Virus record (IMG/VR): IMGVR_UViG_3300033416_000025
Coordinates: 1-28,644 of that record
Reading direction: 5' to 3' (one strand)
Length of the DNA: 28,644 bases
Origin: a virus
Taxonomy: Duplodnaviria; Caudoviricetes
In this document: one piece after another, positions 23,866 to 28,644 of the stretch
Numbering within the stretch: the stretch's first letter is position 1
Layout: every line of letters starts with the position of its first letter
Translations under genes and position numbers: made by a program
The notes under the pieces: model-generated
What the model was told of the DNA's origin: nothing
Databases searched by the model: none
The model's input: the letters and a program-made list of their open reading frames with translations, nothing else

Positions 23866-25599
23866 ATGGCGTACGCCGGCCTCATGGATGGCGGGCTGTC
23901 GGTCACGATCGGCGGCACCGAGTACAAGACCGTGCTGTACGGCTTGGAGTGGGAATCGACCAACCAAGGCGACGGTGGCGCGTCGTTTTGGATGGAGGTT
24001 GCGGATCCGTTCAACCCGCAAGCCGACTACCCTGCGCTCTGGCACGGCGCGCCGGTCATCATCCAGCATACCTTCGACGCGGCCACGACCACGCTGTACA
24101 AGGGCTACGTGGTCTCGGATCCGCGCACCGCGGTCGCCGGCTCGCGGGCGTTCGTCAACGTCGACTGCGGCGGGATTCTCGACGTGATCAAGTGGCGCGG
24201 AGATCTCGGCTGGGTGTTCACTGACGCCGACACGTCGCAGTGGTTCGCCAACAAGCGCAACGCCGCCTGGTCGATCGTCGACACGGACGGCGGGATCTAT
24301 CTGGGCGCGAGCGAGGACTCGAAGGTGCCGCGGAACCGCGCGGCGATCGTCTCCTACGTGCCGTACCTCGGCGCCGACTACCTGCTGATCGCGAACGGCG
24401 GCCTGAACGCCGGCGTGAAGCGCATCACCGGCACCTTCTCCTGCGATCTGCGCGACGCCATGAAGGCGCGGCTCGCGTGGTCGAACGACTACATCCTCAC
24501 CCGGCAGCAGACCGACTCGCGCTGGAATGAGATCCAGACGTGGGGACCAAACACGCGGGTCGACGGCACGGCGATCGACTACACCTTCGGGGGCACCAAC
24601 GGCGCCGGCCACGTCGCGCTCCTGCTCTGGACGAACCACGACGGCGGCACGATCACCACCGACGAGCGCTACGCGCAGATCGACAACTGCGTCGTCTACA
24701 CGACGAGCGGCGAATACCGGATCAATACGGCCATGGTCGCGATCGCTGACCAGATCGACCTCGATACGAGCCAGTCGACCGCCGATATCGGGAGCGTCCT
24801 CCCGAGCGTGGCGGTGCGGCCGCCGACGGACGCCGCGGCGGCCATGGCGGGTCTGGCGCTCCAGGCCGACTGTCTGGTCGAGTGGGGTTGGTTCCGCGGC
24901 CAACTGCGGGTCAAACCGCTGGCGACGAATCCAACCACGATCCGTGCGCTCTCCGGTCCGAATCCCTCGCCGTACTGCTACAAGATCAACGCGCAGATTC
25001 CGGGCATCGAGTGGAATGTCCAACAGCATCCCGAGGACGGTATCGCGCGGGCGATCCGCGTGGTGTACGGCAAGGTCGCGCGCTCGACGCGTTGGCCGGC
25101 CGGCACGCCGGCGTCGCAGATCGCGCTGAAGAATCCGGGATTCACCACCGGCTCTCCGTTCCTCGGCGTGATGTGTCCGGTGATGGTCGCCGAGTTCGAT
25201 TACAACTGGACCGACGGCCACGCCGCCAAGGTCGCCAAGAAGCTCGCGCGGCACCTGGGCACCGGCCTGTCGAGCGGATCCGTGAACCTGCAGCCGGCGA
25301 GCGGCACCGTGCCGATCTATGCCGGCGGCACGCGGCCGGCGACCTACATCCAAGGCGGCGACTGGATCGAGGAGGAGCACTCCGCCTGCGGTCCGCTGTA
25401 CATCACCCGTTGCCGTGTCAACGCGGATACTGACCAAGTGACGATCGATGCGGGACTCTCCGACGACGCTCTGATCGACCAGCTCGTGAGCGCCGGCGCC
25501 GTCAACGCGAGACGACATACGCGCGCCAAGCTGGCGCCGACGCCGCCGCCGCCGCAGCCGCGCGCGACCAAGAGCAAGAAGCAGAGGAGACGACACTGA
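23866..25599 (+). CDS. Putative tail-tip/baseplate hub (Tal/gp27-like) protein
   Basis: N-terminal GLEWEST..G.GGASF...L..GAPVII....LYKGYV.....VNVDCGG pattern of hub proteins, C-terminal IQGGDWI...LYITR..V......VTI beta module, basic Pro-rich tail. Confidence 0.6.
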   Translation: MAYAGLMDGGLSVTIGGTEYKTVLYGLEWESTNQGDGGASFWMEVADPFNPQADYPALWHGAPVIIQHTFDAATTTLYKGYVVSDPRTAVAGSRAFVNVDCGGILDVIKWRGDLGWVFTDADTSQWFANKRNAAWSIVDTDGGIYLGASEDSKVPRNRAAIVSYVPYLGADYLLIANGGLNAGVKRITGTFSCDLRDAMKARLAWSNDYILTRQQTDSRWNEIQTWGPNTRVDGTAIDYTFGGTNGAGHVALLLWTNHDGGTITTDERYAQIDNCVVYTTSGEYRINTAMVAIADQIDLDTSQSTADIGSVLPSVAVRPPTDAAAAMAGLALQADCLVEWGWFRGQLRVKPLATNPTTIRALSGPNPSPYCYKINAQIPGIEWNVQQHPEDGIARAIRVVYGKVARSTRWPAGTPASQIALKNPGFTTGSPFLGVMCPVMVAEFDYNWTDGHAAKVAKKLARHLGTGLSSGSVNLQPASGTVPIYAGGTRPATYIQGGDWIEEEHSACGPLYITRCRVNADTDQVTIDAGLSDDALIDQLVSAGAVNARRHTRAKLAPTPPPPQPRATKSKKQRRRH

Positions 25600-25600
25600 G

Positions 25601-25993
25601 ATGGCAACGGTAACCTGTACGTACGGCGGCACGTCGATCAACTCCGGCCGCTACACCCTGCTCGCGTTCGATCCCGGCGAGAAGATCAAGACGTGGGACG
25701 AGGTGCGCTCCTACAACGGCACCGTGGCGCAGACCAACGTGTCGGAAGCGAACCTTATCGAGATGAACCTCCGCCTGTTCATCCAAGGCAGCTCCAACTC
25801 AGATCTCCGCGACGCCGTGGCCGATCTGAACACGCTCATCGACGCCGGCGCGCAAACGCTCGTGTTCAACGACGGCAGTGGCAACGTGAGCTACTCGTGC
25901 GTCGAATCGCCGCGGATCAAGTACGTACCGGATCCGGTGAGCGTCAACAAGTTCTGGACCGTGGTCGACATGGTGCTCTACCGCGCTTCGTAA
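25601..25993 (+). CDS. Putative minimal distal tail (Dit-like) protein
   Basis: 130 aa. IEMNLRLFIQGSSNSDLRDAVADLNTLID....TLVFND resembles the strand-helix-strand of the Dit N-domain. Confidence 0.5.
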   Translation: MATVTCTYGGTSINSGRYTLLAFDPGEKIKTWDEVRSYNGTVAQTNVSEANLIEMNLRLFIQGSSNSDLRDAVADLNTLIDAGAQTLVFNDGSGNVSYSCVESPRIKYVPDPVSVNKFWTVVDMVLYRAS

Positions 25994-26017
25994 GCAGCTA
26001 GCAAAGGGGACCGACCA

Positions 26018-26677
26018 ATGCTCGTGTTCAACCTGCTACGGCGCCACGTGGCGCTGGTCCTGCTCGCGTTCATCTCCGCGGCCGGCGTCGGCACCGTGCT
26101 GGTCGCCGGCGCTCCAGGCGCCGTGTTCGGCGAGCCGGCCGGCGTCTCGCGTGCCGCGCACCAACAGATCAATGGCCTGCAGCGCGAGATCCTCCGCCTC
26201 GATCGACGCGTGGAGGATCTGCAGGTGCAGATCAAGCACTTGAAGGCCAACGTGCGCGAGTTGGAGAAGTCGAAGCGCGCGTGGATCCGCTGGGGCCGGC
26301 ACTGGCGCAACGTCGCGCGGCACGGCGTCACCGGGCGCGCGATCACCGTGGTGCGCCTCGCGCGGGCGCAGCTCGGCAAACCGTACGTCTTCGGCGCCGC
26401 CGGCCCGTGGGCCTTCGACTGCTCGGGGCTGGTCAAGTACGTGTTCAACAAGGTAGGGATCCACCTGCCACACGCCGCGACCTACCAGCAGCGCGCCTCG
26501 CGGCGGATCTCCCTGTCGTCGCTGCGCGCCGGCGACCTCGTCTTCTACGGCGGCTACTACCGCTCCTACCACGTCGCGATCTATGTCGGCGGTGGGCGCA
26601 CGATCGAGGCGACCGACGGTCACGTGCAGTACGGCTGGGTCGGCAACGCGTGGATCGGCGGGACATTCTTCCACTGA
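26018..26677 (+). CDS. NlpC/P60 (C40) cell-wall peptidase with N-terminal signal/TM segment and coiled coil
   Basis: LGKPYVFGAAGP..FDCSGLV, LRAGDLVFY, HVAIYVGGG..IEA. Hydrophobic N-terminus VALVLLAFISAAGVGTVLV and heptad stretch INGLQREILRLDRRVEDLQVQIKHL. Confidence 0.93.
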   Translation: MLVFNLLRRHVALVLLAFISAAGVGTVLVAGAPGAVFGEPAGVSRAAHQQINGLQREILRLDRRVEDLQVQIKHLKANVRELEKSKRAWIRWGRHWRNVARHGVTGRAITVVRLARAQLGKPYVFGAAGPWAFDCSGLVKYVFNKVGIHLPHAATYQQRASRRISLSSLRAGDLVFYGGYYRSYHVAIYVGGGRTIEATDGHVQYGWVGNAWIGGTFFH

Positions 26678-26743
26678 GGCGGTTACCGAGACGCCGTCTA
26701 GCATGGAATCGTACCTAGACCTCTCATTCAAGGGGGACCGACC

Positions 26744-27394
26744 ATGAAGGTATATCTGAGTCCATCGCTGCAGGAACAGAACATCGGAGTTGGCGACTTC
26801 GGCAGCGAAATGTCGCGCGCGTTCCAAGTAGCCACGCTCGTGAAGGGTTATCTGGAGCCGGCCGGCATCACGGTGCGAACCTCGAAGCCGGAGTGGTGCA
26901 AGCTGCCGAGCTCCGAGCTGCTCGCGCAGGTGGTCGCCGACTCGAACAACTTCGGCGCCACGCTGCACGTCTGTCTGCACACCAACGCTGGCGGCGTGAT
27001 GGATGACGGCACGCTCGTGATGCACTATCCGGGCAGCGCCAAAGGTCTCAAGCTCGCCGGCCTGATCTACAAGCGCCTCGCGCCGATCTCGCCGGGGACC
27101 GACTACGGTCTCGTGTCGCAGCCGGTGTTCTACGAGACGCGCAAGGCGAACGCGGTCGTCGTCTACGTCGAGGCGGCCTTCCACACGAACCCGGCCGAGG
27201 CCAAGGACTACGTGTTCGCGCGCAAGCTCTACGCGTGGGCGATCGCGGCCGGGATCCTTGAGTACGCCGGCAAGCCGGTCCCGGTCAAGCCGGTGGCCTC
27301 CTTCCAGTACCTCAAGGTGCCGATCCCGATGCGGAAGCCGGCGTGGTGGAAGTACCTCGAAGCCTACCTCGCGCGCGTGAAGAAGACGGGCTGA
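26744..27394 (+). CDS. N-acetylmuramoyl-L-alanine amidase (Amidase_3-like), putative endolysin
   Basis: KVYLSPSLQ, SE, LHVCLHTNAG, FYETR.ANAVVVYVEAAFHTN, AIAAGILEY. Confidence 0.88.
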   Translation: MKVYLSPSLQEQNIGVGDFGSEMSRAFQVATLVKGYLEPAGITVRTSKPEWCKLPSSELLAQVVADSNNFGATLHVCLHTNAGGVMDDGTLVMHYPGSAKGLKLAGLIYKRLAPISPGTDYGLVSQPVFYETRKANAVVVYVEAAFHTNPAEAKDYVFARKLYAWAIAAGILEYAGKPVPVKPVASFQYLKVPIPMRKPAWWKYLEAYLARVKKTG

Positions 27395-27396
27395 CG

Positions 27397-28428
27397 ATGC
27401 GCGCCTATCCGTTCACTCGCGAACAGATCGAAGAGGCGCTTGCCACTGCCGGCTCGATGCGCGGCGCTGCGCGCCTGCTCGGTGTCTCCTACATGGTGGT
27501 CGACCACCGGATGCGGAAATGGGGTCTGCACGCGCCGGATCCGGTGCCCGGTCCGGCGCTCTCCGAGCCGGCGCCGGCCGAGGCCGGCGAGATGAGCGAC
27601 GACGAGCGCGAGGCGTGGGCGTTCGCGCTCCTGCAGTCGAAGGGCTACCGGCTCGATACCGACTCGTTCCGCGTCACGGACGCCGAGTTCGAGGCGTCGA
27701 CCTCGACGTGGGACGGCACGCGGTTCCGCGTCGGCGTGGTGAGCGACACGCACCTCTGCAGCAAAGAGCAGCAGCTCACCTTCCTGCACAACGCGTACGC
27801 CATGTTCGCGCAGGAGGGGATCGACTTGGTGCTGCATCCGGGCGATCTGCACGCCGGCAACGGCAAGGTCTACCGCGGCCAGATCTACGATATGTTCGTG
27901 CACGGCTTCGACGAGCGGGTCGACTACGTCGTCGAGTACTACCCGAAGGTCGAAGGGGTCACCACCAAGCTCATCGCCGGCAACCACGATCTCGCGGATC
28001 TCAAGGAGAGCGGCCACGACTTCTGTCGCGCCGTCTGCGATCGCCGGCCGGATTTGCACTACCTCGGGCAACGCGGCGCCTACGTGACGGTCCATGGCGT
28101 GCGCTTCTACCTCATGCACCCGGACGGCGGCGTGCCGTACGCGCGCTCCTACCGGCTGCAGAAGGTGATCGAGCAGTTCGCGCCCGAGGCCAAGCCAAAC
28201 GTGCTCCTCATGGGGCACCTGCACGTCGTCGACTACCTGCCGAAGTACCGCAACGTCTCCGGCATGATGTGCGGCTGCTTCGAGAGTCAGACCTCCTACC
28301 TCAAGGCCAAGGGGCTCAACCCGGAGATCGGGTTCTGGATCCTCGACGTGACGGCCAACGAGGGCGGCGTGGCGAACATCAAGACCGAGTGGTTCCCGGT
28401 CTACGTGCCGAAGGAGAAGGATTGGTGA
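27397..28428 (+). CDS. Calcineurin-like metallophosphoesterase with N-terminal Fis-type HTH
   Basis: IEEALATAGSMRGAARLLGVSYMVVDHRMRKWGL (HTH), then VSDTH, PGDLHAG, AGNHD, LMHPDG, MGHLH. ATG is 2 nt after the amidase stop. Confidence 0.9.
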   Translation: MRAYPFTREQIEEALATAGSMRGAARLLGVSYMVVDHRMRKWGLHAPDPVPGPALSEPAPAEAGEMSDDEREAWAFALLQSKGYRLDTDSFRVTDAEFEASTSTWDGTRFRVGVVSDTHLCSKEQQLTFLHNAYAMFAQEGIDLVLHPGDLHAGNGKVYRGQIYDMFVHGFDERVDYVVEYYPKVEGVTTKLIAGNHDLADLKESGHDFCRAVCDRRPDLHYLGQRGAYVTVHGVRFYLMHPDGGVPYARSYRLQKVIEQFAPEAKPNVLLMGHLHVVDYLPKYRNVSGMMCGCFESQTSYLKAKGLNPEIGFWILDVTANEGGVANIKTEWFPVYVPKEKDW

Positions 28429-28644
28429 TGGGCGAGGCGTGGGGTGGAGAGCGCGGCGAGCGCTTTCTCCTCGTGTCGCCGGACGGCGTCAACTGGACGA
28501 CCGAGCCGGCGCCGCCGGCGCTGGCGCCCGAGGACGCGAGCTGGAAGGCAAAGCTGCCGGCGATCTGTCCGGTGTCCGGCGCCGCCGGCTGCGATCGGTG
28601 CGCCATGCCGGGATGCGCGGATCCGCCGGAAGCGGCCGCGACTC
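28428..28644 (+). CDS. Hypothetical Cys-motif protein, 3'-truncated by the window edge
   Basis: TGATG overlap with the previous stop, AAGGAG/AAGG upstream. Hand translation MGEAWGGERGERFLLVSPDGVNWTTEP...ICPVSGAAGCDRCAMPGCADP... is open to the end of the window. Confidence 0.55.
   Translation, partial: MGEAWGGERGERFLLVSPDGVNWTTEPAPPALAPEDASWKAKLPAICPVSGAAGCDRCAMPGCADPPEAAAT

Noticed and set aside
8188-25641. Very long antisense and off-frame ORFs (e.g. 9182-12208, 14376-16973, 19707-22046, 23386-25641 on minus; 14909-16840, 21224-23215 on plus)
   Set aside because: Arg/Gly/Asp-rich shadows of high-GC3 genes, with no recognisable motifs and overlapping well-supported CDSs.
27343-27396. Phosphoesterase start at 27343
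   Set aside because: It overlaps the amidase. ATG 27397 follows the stop directly and begins the HTH.
1-28644. Gene transfer agent or contractile-tail system
   Set aside because: No sheath or baseplate wedge genes. The large accessory fibre content fits an ordinary siphovirus, and there is no host context to support a GTA.

Overview
The window is one co-oriented (+ strand), high-GC late-gene block of a siphovirus-like phage or prophage. It runs from the 3' part of terL through portal, HK97 protease and HK97 major capsid, then an accessory structural cluster (4.6-12.1 kb), neck and tail genes, a -1 frameshifted tail assembly chaperone, a tape measure protein with a C-terminal lytic transglycosylase-like domain, a 1990-aa multidomain fibre, hub-like and Dit-like genes, two cell-wall hydrolases and an HTH-metallophosphoesterase. 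No integrase, att site, RNA gene, CRISPR array or reverse transcriptase is visible, so prophage versus free phage cannot be decided. An actinobacterial host is only an inference from GC content and the tape measure C-terminal domain. The strongest unusual signal is a pair of adjacent paralogous ~23-aa-repeat proteins (7204-9690, 9692-12136) that appear to share one fibronectin type III domain split between them: strands A-B at the C-terminus of the first, strands C-G inside the second. This suggests a branched fibre joined by domain complementation. Other oddities are two paralogous tail-tube genes, a reversed tail-tip gene order, no obvious head-closure gene, and a possible frame switch linking the second repeat protein to the head-tail adaptor. 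All family calls come from motif recognition by eye, not from database searches.
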